Part shown: one piece after another, positions 48,916-57,501 of the stretch
Layout: the number at the start of each line of letters is the position of its first letter
Numbering within the stretch: position 1 is the stretch's first letter
Assembly: GCA_003162875.1 (NCBI GenBank)
Contig: PLUT01000344.1
Coordinates: 1-58,653, forward strand
Source of the DNA: Granulicella sp.
GTDB lineage: Bacteria; Acidobacteriota; Terriglobia; Terriglobales; Acidobacteriaceae
Length of the DNA stretch: 58,653 nt
Reading direction: 5' to 3'
The notes under the pieces: generated by a model
Told to the model about the DNA's origin: nothing
The model's input: the letters and a program-made list of their open reading frames with translations, nothing else
The model's database searches: none
Made by a program: the position numbers and the translations under genes

Positions 48916-50433
48916 TCAATGCGCTTCTGGGATATGTTTCATCCGAGGAAAGGTCATGCAATTCACAAATTCATCCTGAAAGTTGGGCTCTGCGGCAAGA
49001 CTCACATGTGCGATCTCAGGCAGGGCCGACTCTTCCTTCGATAGCAGCAATGCCTTGGCGCCACGCAGAGCCGCATTGCCTGCCGCGTGAATGCATGTTT
49101 TTGGAGCTTCTATCAGCCCGATACCGATGGCGCTGTCGATCTGGACATAGTTGCCGAATGCGCCAGCAAGGTAGATGCTCTGCACATCGTCAGCTGACGC
49201 TCCCAGACATTTCAGTAGCAGCCTGAATCCAGAGGCGATGGCTGCTTTTGCTAGTTGCAGTTCGCGAATGTCGGCTTGATCGAGAACAACTGGTTCGCAG
49301 ACAGGAAAGATCTTGGTGCGATTTGCGATGCGCCCTGACGGAAGAATGGCGCCGCTTTGAAGCCCTGCTGCTACCGCATCCACCAACCCGCTGCCGCAGA
49401 TTCCGCGCGCTTCCCCATCTCCAATTACTGTAGCTTGCATGTTCGCGTTGGAGTAGAAGACGCGAGAGATGGCGCCGGCGACCGCTCGCATTCCCATGCG
49501 GATTGTACCGGCTTCAAAGGCCGGTCCTGCAGCCGTCGAAGCGCACAGAATTCCGCGGCGACTACCGATGGCAATCTCTCCATTCGTGCCCAGATCCACC
49601 AGTGCCGTCAGATTGTCTGCTGAGGGCATGCCAATGGCAACGATTCCGGCGAGAATGTCCGACCCTACAAAGCCCCCGAGACAGTGTAGAAAACGAATAC
49701 GACAGGCCGAGGAGAGCGGCCAGTTCAATTCTTGAGGGCTGAAGCTTTGTTCTCCCAAAAGAGCGGACTCGAACGGTGCGCGCGAAAGCGGCTCTACATC
49801 CAGCCCTGCGAACAGGTGGTGCATCACCGTGTTGCCAACGAGGACCACTTCATCTATCTCCAGTTCGCGCCCTCTCGCGAGGTTCAAAACAATTGCCTGC
49901 AATTTCGATCGCACGATCGTTGTGAGATCGGTGCCGGTCAAGGCTGCACGGATGCGGCTCATTACATCCGATCCCCAAGCGGATTGGGGATTGAGATCTG
50001 TTTCCACTGCGAGAATGTCTCCGCTCGCCAGATCCAGCATCTGGGCGGCGATCGTAGTCGTGCCCAGATCGATGGCAATACCCAGACCGTGTTTTCTGAG
50101 GCCAGGCTTCAGCGCAGATTGGCCGGAGTCGTCGGTGAGGACATCCATGTGCCACTGCACGCACTCCAGCACAATTGACGTTTCCGCGTGCGCCTGGCAG
50201 GCGAGCCGCCATCCGTGGGCAAGTTCTTCCGGTGAGAATGCAGAGAGGTCCTGCTCCGTGACTAGGACCGATCCGGCGAGTACGCGGACTTTGCAACCGC
50301 CGCAGAAGCCCGTTCCTCCGCATGGGAATTCGAAGCCGAGCTGTGAAATCGAGGATAAGAGCGGCTCGCCACGAGGTACTTCCACAACAACAGACAAGGG
50401 CTCCAGCCGAATACGAACTTTGTCTGCGCTCAT
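48916..50433 (-). CDS. ASKHA-domain (DUF4445) reductive activator of corrinoid proteins with N-terminal 2Fe-2S ferredoxin (RACo-like)
   Basis: Motifs CGGTGFCGGC...RLACQ, AIDLGTTT, GNTVMHH, VDLGTNGE, AAGPAFE, GICGSG and AGAFG. Confidence 0.9.
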   Translation of the reverse strand: MSADKVRIRLEPLSVVVEVPRGEPLLSSISQLGFEFPCGGTGFCGGCKVRVLAGSVLVTEQDLSAFSPEELAHGWRLACQAHAETSIVLECVQWHMDVLTDDSGQSALKPGLRKHGLGIAIDLGTTTIAAQMLDLASGDILAVETDLNPQSAWGSDVMSRIRAALTGTDLTTIVRSKLQAIVLNLARGRELEIDEVVLVGNTVMHHLFAGLDVEPLSRAPFESALLGEQSFSPQELNWPLSSACRIRFLHCLGGFVGSDILAGIVAIGMPSADNLTALVDLGTNGEIAIGSRRGILCASTAAGPAFEAGTIRMGMRAVAGAISRVFYSNANMQATVIGDGEARGICGSGLVDAVAAGLQSGAILPSGRIANRTKIFPVCEPVVLDQADIRELQLAKAAIASGFRLLLKCLGASADDVQSIYLAGAFGNYVQIDSAIGIGLIEAPKTCIHAAGNAALRGAKALLLSKEESALPEIAHVSLAAEPNFQDEFVNCMTFPRMKHIPEAH

Positions 50434-50438
50434 CCCAT

Positions 50439-51179
50439 TTACTCCGCTGCGACGATGGAATCGCCCAGAGTGCCACGCACAGCCATACTTGGAGACACAA
50501 CGAGGAAATCAGATGCATCCCATTCTCCGTTGACGAGTCGCTGCAACAGCGAGAGGGAGCCCTGTACCTCCTCAAACTGCCATCCTGACATCTCTGCTTC
50601 AGCACGAGCCTGAGCACTCAGCCTATCTTCGGCCTCGACCCCAGTAGAGATATAGGTCAGTCCGGAGTAGTGCCTCCGATAGGCGGAGAATTGCTCAAAA
50701 AGATAGTTCCCGTTGTCTTCTCCGTATTGCGCTATGAATTCCTCGCGACTTCGCCTCTCACCAATCGCCCGCGCAGAGGAAGCATGGGCCGGTCCAAGTG
50801 GGTGGTCCGGGTTCTGATACTCCAGCCAGCCCGGGGACCGGAAATACACGCCAGGATGGGCGTCGAAATACTCCTGATAGCGATGGCGGCTGCCCATCAG
50901 GAGACCGATGCAATCATGCGCGCGCGGAAGGACCAACTGAGTTTTCCCGGCATGCAGGCCTTCCGTTCCCCTGCCGCAGAGCGCATATCCCAGAAGGATT
51001 GCGTCGTAGCGACCGGAGTCTGCCTCATCGATACGCTGCTGAAGATACGGGCACATCGACACGCCCAGGTCGTGCAGACCCATGGTCAGAAACTCAACAT
51101 CGATCGAATGCGCTGAAGGAGCAAGGACCTTATTCATCTCGTGCGTGAGGATCTGGCAACTGATCAACTTGAAACGCAT
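50439..51179 (-). CDS. DUF1638 domain protein (corrinoid-system associated)
   Basis: Motifs GLHD, ILLGYALCG, PRAHDCI.LLMGS and Y..SPGW. Confidence 0.82.
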   Translation of the reverse strand: MRFKLISCQILTHEMNKVLAPSAHSIDVEFLTMGLHDLGVSMCPYLQQRIDEADSGRYDAILLGYALCGRGTEGLHAGKTQLVLPRAHDCIGLLMGSRHRYQEYFDAHPGVYFRSPGWLEYQNPDHPLGPAHASSARAIGERRSREEFIAQYGEDNGNYLFEQFSAYRRHYSGLTYISTGVEAEDRLSAQARAEAEMSGWQFEEVQGSLSLLQRLVNGEWDASDFLVVSPSMAVRGTLGDSIVAAE

Positions 51180-51187
51180 GCGTCACC

Positions 51188-51826
51188 TCACGCGATTGCA
51201 ACCATTCTCCTCACAAGAGTCACCGCTCCGCTGGCGCTCTCACTATAGCCATCCGCGCCAATCTCGCGGGCATACCGCGGCGTCACGGGCGCTCCACCGA
51301 CCAGCACCTTCACACGCGTCCTCAGGCCCGCTGCATTCAGGGCATCGATGGTCGTCTTCATCGCGGGTATGGTCACCGTCAGCAGCGCAGACATGCAGAC
51401 AAACTGCGGCTTGTACTCTTCTACCGCGGCGACAAATCGCTCCGGTGCGACGTCGCTACCAAGATCCACAACTTCGAACCCGCTGCCTTCCAGCATGGAG
51501 GCGACGATGTTTTTTCCGATATCGTGCAGATCGCCCTTGACCGTGCCAATAATCACCTTGACGGACATTTTCTCGCCGGCAGTTGCCAACAGCGGGCGGA
51601 GCAGTTCCATGGCGCTCCTCATGGCGCGGCCGGCCAGCAGCAGCTCGGGCACGAAGTATTCCTCTGCCTCAAAGAGGCGTCCAACTTCGTCCATCGCGGG
51701 AACCATCGATTCGGTAATCAGGGTCATGGGCGCGAATCCGGCTTCAAGGGCCGCTTGCGTGGCCTCGTGTGCCTTCTTCGCGTTGCCGTTCAAAACGGCA
51801 TCGTAGAGTTCCCTGGATTGAGACAT
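51188..51826 (-). CDS. Corrinoid (cobalamin-binding) methyl-carrier protein
   Basis: Cap helices (MDEVG.LFE..EYFVPELL), GDLHDIGKN (DxHxxG), SALL and VGGAP. ATG 51826 after AAAGGTGAG. Confidence 0.92.
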   Translation of the reverse strand: MSQSRELYDAVLNGNAKKAHEATQAALEAGFAPMTLITESMVPAMDEVGRLFEAEEYFVPELLLAGRAMRSAMELLRPLLATAGEKMSVKVIIGTVKGDLHDIGKNIVASMLEGSGFEVVDLGSDVAPERFVAAVEEYKPQFVCMSALLTVTIPAMKTTIDALNAAGLRTRVKVLVGGAPVTPRYAREIGADGYSESASGAVTLVRRMVAIA

Positions 51827-51878
51827 AAACTCACCTTTCAAGATCCTGCCCAGACCGAAACACAATCCCTTTATAACC

Positions 51879-52781
51879 CTAGCCCGAGTTTGGAGCTTCG
51901 GTCGCGTCCATACTGTGATTGCCGACACATTGCTGTTCGGCATCGGTGAAGCATGACCGGGCTATCTGGGCGAGGAGGAGCGACTGCTGCCAGCGGTCGG
52001 ACTCTTCGGCGCCCCGGAAGGTGCGCGCGTAGTAGATGTCCGGGGCGAGGAGCTCCGGCGTGAAGGTGATGAATGACTGCTGCGGGGCGGGGTCCGTAGT
52101 CGGAGATGGGACTGCGCGGAGGAAGGCCTCGAAGCTGCGTTTCCAGAGCGTGCGGAAGTGGGCGACATAGGGCGCCGGATCGTTGAGGGCAATGGCGACC
52201 TGCATGCATCCGGGGTTGCCGATGCGGCCGTGAACAAAGCGCACGCGGTCGAGGACGGGCTGGATGAAGGCGAGCTTGTTTTCGAAGCCGCCGTAGACCA
52301 TCTCGCTGCCGGTGTACCAGTGGGAGAAGTCGCCGTTGAAGCGCAGCTGGGGGAAGCGGGCGACGAACTGGACGGTGCGCTGCATGTCCTGGAAGAGCGT
52401 GGAGCGGTGGGTTTCGACGTAGAGTGGGATGCGGTGGAGCGTAGCCGCGTGGAGCACGGCTTCGATGAGACGTACGCCCTCGTCGTCGGACTCCATGCCC
52501 CAGCCGACGTGCAGGGTGAGGCACTCGAGACCAGCGTCGGCTGCGGCCTGGGCGATGGGAGCGGCTTCGGCGGGCGTGTTGACGCGATTGCTGCCGCAAA
52601 CGCCGAGGCCGAGAGAGCGGGCGTGGGCCAGGGCGCAGAGGTCGAGCGGGGCGATGAACTGGATGCCGTCGTATCCGGCGGCGTGAATGGCGGCGACGGG
52701 ATCGCCAGCATGCGAGCCGGGGCTTGCCGGAGACAGGCCCTGGAGCGCGAGCCAGTTCATGTAGCAGCGCAGACGAGTCAT
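51879..52781 (-). CDS. Sugar phosphate isomerase/epimerase (xylose-isomerase-like TIM barrel)
   Basis: Motifs GYDGIQ, YVETHR, DFSHW, HGRIG and FTPEL. ATG 52781 follows the PhyH stop. Confidence 0.72.
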   Translation of the reverse strand: MTRLRCYMNWLALQGLSPASPGSHAGDPVAAIHAAGYDGIQFIAPLDLCALAHARSLGLGVCGSNRVNTPAEAAPIAQAAADAGLECLTLHVGWGMESDDEGVRLIEAVLHAATLHRIPLYVETHRSTLFQDMQRTVQFVARFPQLRFNGDFSHWYTGSEMVYGGFENKLAFIQPVLDRVRFVHGRIGNPGCMQVAIALNDPAPYVAHFRTLWKRSFEAFLRAVPSPTTDPAPQQSFITFTPELLAPDIYYARTFRGAEESDRWQQSLLLAQIARSCFTDAEQQCVGNHSMDATEAPNSG

Positions 52782-52791
52782 GCTTGCGGGC

Positions 52792-53622
52792 TCAGGCGTC
52801 CTGCAGGGACTTGGCACTGACGTCGTCCTTGGTGTCGAGCCACACGCTCTCGTCGGAGTCGGCGAAGCGCTTGCTGCCGGCGGCGAGGATAGCTGAGTCG
52901 GGGACCTTGTTGAGCGGCGTGTAGCGCGGGTGGTGCGACTCCTCGTAGGGGTTGTTGCGGACGGCGTTGTAGCAGCAGATCATCGACCAGCGGGGATTGT
53001 CGGACTTGTTCTGGTCGGAGCGGTGCAGCAGGTTGGCGTGGAAGTAGAGGACATCACCCGGGTCCATCTCCACGTAGACCAGCGGCAGGACTTTGAGTAT
53101 CTCTTCGACGCGGGCGACGTCGGCGCCGGCCTGGTCGCCGGTAAGGATATGTTCGATGCGCCCGAGGTTGTGCGAGCCCTTGATGACCTGCATGCAGCCG
53201 TTCTCGCGCGTGGCCGGATCGACTGCGATGAAGGCCGAGGTGAGCAGAGGAAAGAGCACGCCGTTCTGATACCAGTAGCCGTAGTCCTGATGCCATGCCC
53301 AGGCGCCGCCGACCCTGGCGTCCTTCATGATCATCTTGGAGTGGTAGTGGTAGACCTCGCCGCCGAGGACCTGTTCGGCGACGCCGACGATGGATTCGGA
53401 GCGGGCGATCGTGCCGTAGATGGTGTCGGTAGGGTGGTTCCAGAGGGAGAGGCGCACGGTGCCGCCCTCGCCATCGGCTTTGCCGAAGGAGTGCTGGTCG
53501 AGAATGCGGTCTTCGCGGGCGGTGCGGCTGAGCATTGCCACCTCGTCCGGCTTGAGGATGCCCTTGAGCAGGATGAAACCGTCGCCGTTGTACTGTTGCA
53601 GCTGTTCCGGAGTGAGCTTCAT
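52792..53622 (-). CDS. Phytanoyl-CoA dioxygenase (PhyH) family 2-oxoglutarate/Fe(II) dioxygenase
   Basis: Motifs [17 protein letters not shown] (HxD), [23 protein letters not shown] and the R of N.SD.PR. ATG 53622 after AGGAG. Confidence 0.9.
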   Translation of the reverse strand: MKLTPEQLQQYNGDGFILLKGILKPDEVAMLSRTAREDRILDQHSFGKADGEGGTVRLSLWNHPTDTIYGTIARSESIVGVAEQVLGGEVYHYHSKMIMKDARVGGAWAWHQDYGYWYQNGVLFPLLTSAFIAVDPATRENGCMQVIKGSHNLGRIEHILTGDQAGADVARVEEILKVLPLVYVEMDPGDVLYFHANLLHRSDQNKSDNPRWSMICCYNAVRNNPYEESHHPRYTPLNKVPDSAILAAGSKRFADSDESVWLDTKDDVSAKSLQDA

Positions 53623-53755
53623 GGGTTTGGATGCTCCTGAAGATGGGTTTGGTCGCTCAGACCCAGATGACTGCCGGCTGGAGGCAAGTATAGGCGTTGG
53701 ATTTCGCGGCTGTCTATTGAGTGGCCGTGGCCGGAGGATGCAGAGGGTGGGGCAA

Positions 53756-53770
53756 TTCCGAAATGCGGAT
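53756..53770. promoter_or_regulatory. Candidate operator TTCCG-AAATG-CGGAT upstream of the PhyH/isomerase/corrinoid genes
   Basis: One mismatch to TTCCR-N5-YGGAA. Confidence 0.6.
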
Positions 53771-53830
53771 TGGGTTGGGTCGGTCAGCGTAGGCTGGCAT
53801 CTGTGCCGGGGAGTTCGGCAATGGGCACCG

Positions 53831-54622
53831 ATGAGCTGGCCCGACCTCACCATCGGATGCGAGTGCGGCGGCTCTGACGGAACCTCCGGCCTCGCGGGCA
53901 ATCCGGTGGTGGGCCGGTTCTACGATTGGATGGTTGATCGCGGAGGTATCTGTCTCTTCGAAGAGGTCGTGGAGATGATCGGCTTGCGCACAATCCTCTC
54001 GCAACGAGCTGCGAACGATACAGCACAGCACCAACTCGAAGCAGCCTACGGCAAGGCAGAGCGTTATTGCCGCTCCGTACGCCAATACTCGGTCTCGCCC
54101 GGCAACTTCGCCGGCGGCCTCACCACCATCGAAGAAAAGAGCCTAGGCGCCATTGCAAAGAGCGGATCGCGGCCCATCCAGGGAGTCGTTCGCGTAGCCC
54201 AGCGGCCTGCGCACCCCGGCCTGTGGCTTATGGACTCGGTGCCGGATGAGAACTTCATGCAATTCGGCTACACCAACCCGAACGATACCGAAGGCATCAT
54301 GGACCTCATCTCCGGAGGATCACAAATCGTGCTCTTTGTAACCGGTCGCGGCAGCGTCATCGGTTCACCCATCGCGCCGTTGATCAAGATCACAGGCAAC
54401 GAACGCACTTTTCGCTCCATGAGCGGCGACATCGACTTCAATGCAGGTACGGTGTTGGCGGGCGCCCGAACACTGGACGAAGCCGCGCTCGACCTTGCAG
54501 ATCTGGTCGCGAGGACCGCGACCGGTGAGCCCACCAAGCCCGAACGCCTGGGCCATCGGGAGTACTTCATCACGTACAAACATCAATCCACGCCCTCGCT
54601 GGAGCAGGGCTGCCGTGCGTGA
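53831..54622 (+). pseudogene. 5'-truncated UxaA/GarD-family sugar-acid dehydratase
   Basis: Begins at the internal motif [13 protein letters not shown], followed by [23 protein letters not shown] and DIDFNAG. The N-terminal portion is missing. Confidence 0.72.
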
Positions 54623-55090
54623 TGCCAGCCGCGCCGCCAAGGCGTTCTCACTCGAAGGGCAACTCGCCATCGTCACCGGCGGAGGAACCGGCCTGGGCTA
54701 CGCCATGTCCTCCTGTCTCTTGGCATGTGGCGCGCGTGTCGTCATCACCGGCCGTCGCGCCGATGTGCTCAAACACGCCGTCGCGGAACTCGGCGAAGGC
54801 GCTGCCGCCGAGCCGCATGACGTAACCGACGTCGAAAGCGTCAATGGCCTAGTCGAGCGGATTGAGGCGAAGTTCGGCAACCCCACCATCCTCATCAACA
54901 ATGCCGGCACCCACGTCAAAAAACCACTGGAGCAGCATACCCGCGAAGAGTTCGACCGCATTCTCGCAACCCACGTCGGCGGAGCATTCAACCTCACTCA
55001 GGCGGTGGTGCTCCGCATGAAGGCCGCCGGCGGCGGAAGCGTCCTCTTCATCGCATCCATGAGCTCACTCATCGGCATGCCGAATATCGC
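54615..55090 (+). pseudogene. 3'-truncated SDR-family oxidoreductase
   Basis: TGGGTGLG, LINNAG and ASMSS are present. Similarity stops at IGMPNI, just before the catalytic YxxxK. Confidence 0.75.
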
Positions 55091-55549
55091 GAGAACCTCG
55101 GGTTCGACAGCGTTGGAGCGGGGCTTGACCTCCCACAGCTGCTTTCCTTGATGCGTCGTGACAAGGATGTCGGGATAATGGACCCGCTCCACTCCGTCCA
55201 TGACGTACGCGATCCGGCATGGCTATTCGCCGTAGCTCGTGACGCTGGGATCGCAGTCGAGAAGCCGAAAGGCGTTAAGCTCATTACTGGACTCCCAGTG
55301 CATCATTCGTCCCGTCTTCCAGTTGGGGTATTTGCCTGCAGAGCGGGCATTCGAGCGCGAGACAACTTTGCGCGAACGGATCTGGGCAGGTTCAGGAAAG
55401 AGAATGCTCCTGATCCCTGAAAAGTTAGCTGAGGTTTCGAAACAGCAGCTGCGCAACGGCTGGCCGCATGCACTTCCCGAAATTGGCGGCTCAAGCATCT
55501 CCACATAACCACTCTGCGCACTCTCCAAGAAGGCGGGAAGTCTATTCAC
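55090..55549 (-). pseudogene. TnsA-like PD-(D/E)xK endonuclease pseudogene
   Basis: GKYP..K.GR..HWES..E...F.LLD.DP.V..Y.E*P, then HYPDILV...WEVKP in the same frame. In-frame TAG at 55223-55225 where EQP is expected. The C-terminus is lost at the SDR junction. Confidence 0.72.
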
Positions 55550-55561
55550 AAAGCCGGCAAG

Positions 55562-56011
55562 CTAATCTGTGCAACTTGGGCATTTGTAGTGGGAGTCCAG
55601 CTCCGCCCGGGTTGCCGGCGGCAGATTCATCGAACGGATGATCCGGGATACCATGTCTTTTTCCTCGCGAATACATTTGTCGAGGTAGATGCGGAAGACC
55701 TCCTGCTTGGTGTCATAACAAACGCGACCGCGGGGACACTCATCGTATTCCTCGTCCCTTGGCACCTCGCCGCGCGCCTGAAGTTGCTCCCAGAAATCTT
55801 CGTGGCCCCTATCGTGGGTCCTCATGTCGCCGTACAGAATTGCCTCATCGACCGGAGTGGCGTCAATCCAGAGGTTGTTCCCATGGGCAAAGAACACTCC
55901 GACCTCCGGTGCGGAACCCTGTTTCCCCTTCGCCCGCGATCCCTCAATCTGCGCCGGAACGCGGCCGGACATTTCGCGCGTCTCTTTGTTCACCTTCGGC
56001 GTCTTTGACAT
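55562..56011 (-). CDS. Hypothetical protein (EYDECPRGRV.Y motif)
   Basis: Protein-like ORF directly downstream of the AAA gene (GGTCA before ATG 56011; alternative start 56026). No family I can name. Confidence 0.6.
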   Translation of the reverse strand: MSKTPKVNKETREMSGRVPAQIEGSRAKGKQGSAPEVGVFFAHGNNLWIDATPVDEAILYGDMRTHDRGHEDFWEQLQARGEVPRDEEYDECPRGRVCYDTKQEVFRIYLDKCIREEKDMVSRIIRSMNLPPATRAELDSHYKCPSCTD

Positions 56012-56022
56012 GCGACGTGACC

Positions 56023-57342
56023 TCATACGGCAAGTTCCATGCGTGACGAACTCACAAAGCCTGCACGGCTATTTCTCTTCGAAGAGATTTGAGAGGTCTC
56101 TCGCAGTGAACGGACCCCAGAGGAGAGATCGGTCGTGCAGATCTCGCGATTGCCTTCAAAGGCCAGCTGGCCGGCCATGATGTAAGCCTCGCGAAGCTGG
56201 GCAAAAGAAAAGCCCTCGGAGTCAGAGGCGACTGAATCGAGATCTGTAGCCAACTGCGGGTGCATTCGGCAGAAATACTCGCGGCGTAGTGCTTCAGATG
56301 GGTTGGGGAAGTGGACCACGCGATCAAATCTGCCTGGTCTTTTCAGAATCGCTGGATCGAGTGCAGTCGGATCGTTTGCGGTAGCTAATGTCAAGATCCC
56401 TTCGCCGGTCGCCACGCCATCGACGCAGTTCAAGAGCTGCTGGAGGCTGACCTTGCTCTTCGACTCGCCGGTTCGTGGGAAAGCTCGGTCAATGTCTTCA
56501 ACAAGAATCACGGCGGCGCATGGTTGACGACTCACTCAAAGAGGCGCTCCATGTCTTCGTCGTCGGTTTGTGAGTCAAAGAGCCTAAGGGTATAGGCGCT
56601 TAGGCCTTCGCTCGTTAAAATTGCGCGGATCACGGACGTCTTGCCGTTGCCGGGCGGTCCATGGTAGCCACGGCGAAAGGGCAGGCGCATTTTGCGGAAC
56701 CACGGCTCACGCTGAAAGAAAGACAGAAAATCATTCTTGAGGAGGTGTGTGATGTTTGGATTCGCATGGCGGGATACGCTGCGGCAGGCCGTTGTGCGTG
56801 TGCAGCTTCGGTTCGCCGTTCGACTTGCTGAGCCTCTCGAGCAGGCTGAGTACCTGTGCACTGGCCTCCCGCCGGAAGATCAGGACCTGTGCTACAGTCT
56901 CGCAGGCCGTGCTGGTTCCGACGTGATAAGAGACGGGGACGGCAATGACCGACGACGGAATGCCGCGCATGTGGAATGCGACCGGGCCGTCGTCCCACTT
57001 AAGGGAATAACACTGGCGGGACTTTACGCCGCCGAATACCTCTTCAAGGTCAACCGCCCGGCTCGCAGCGCTGGCTTGAAGCAGCGGCGCACAGGACTGC
57101 GGGACCTCAACAGACTCAACGAGTTCGGAGACCATTCGCAGGGGCATTTCTTGAGAATCGCGGTAGGCGGCGCTCCCAAGCAGTTGCGGAATGGCTGCAT
57201 CGACGAAGGATAAGTCGCATTCGACAATGACAGCCTGGGAAAGGGGAACGCCAAGGCTCTTTTCGATCCAGTCCGTGTGCTGGTCAATTGCATGCCGGAT
57301 CAGCGCAGGCCGCGCCGCGAATTCATTCGTCAACATTTTCAT
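56023..57342 (-). pseudogene. Frameshifted AAA ATPase (BCS1/FtsH-like AAA domain)
   Basis: Split across three ORF segments (57342-56731, 56861-56532, 56535-56023). Walker A GPPGNGKT, Walker B ILVEDID and the SRH motif TAN....D.A...RPGRFD. RRGY-HGPP lacks the usual two hydrophobic residues. Confidence 0.78.
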
Positions 57343-57501
57343 CGGGTCCCTTCGGTGCGGCCGCAAAGTCTTACGAGGTCAAACCATCCTCTTCAAGACC
57401 ATTCTGCGAGGCTGGATCGCTCCCGGGAAGTTGATCATTGAACTCGCGACAGATATCGAATCGAGGCCGCAAGACGCTCTTCCGATACCTTGGTCCCCCA
57501 C

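Noticed and set aside
45071-51826. Methanogenesis or Wood-Ljungdahl methyl branch
   Set aside because: There is no pterin-binding methyltransferase, CODH/ACS, MttB/MtaB or CoM-related gene. The only visible methyl acceptor enzyme is the homocysteine methyltransferase.
55090-57342. Intact Tn7-like transposon or CRISPR-associated transposon
   Set aside because: Only a broken TnsA-like fragment is present. There is no TnsB, TnsC, TniQ, Cas gene, repeat array or Tn7 end.
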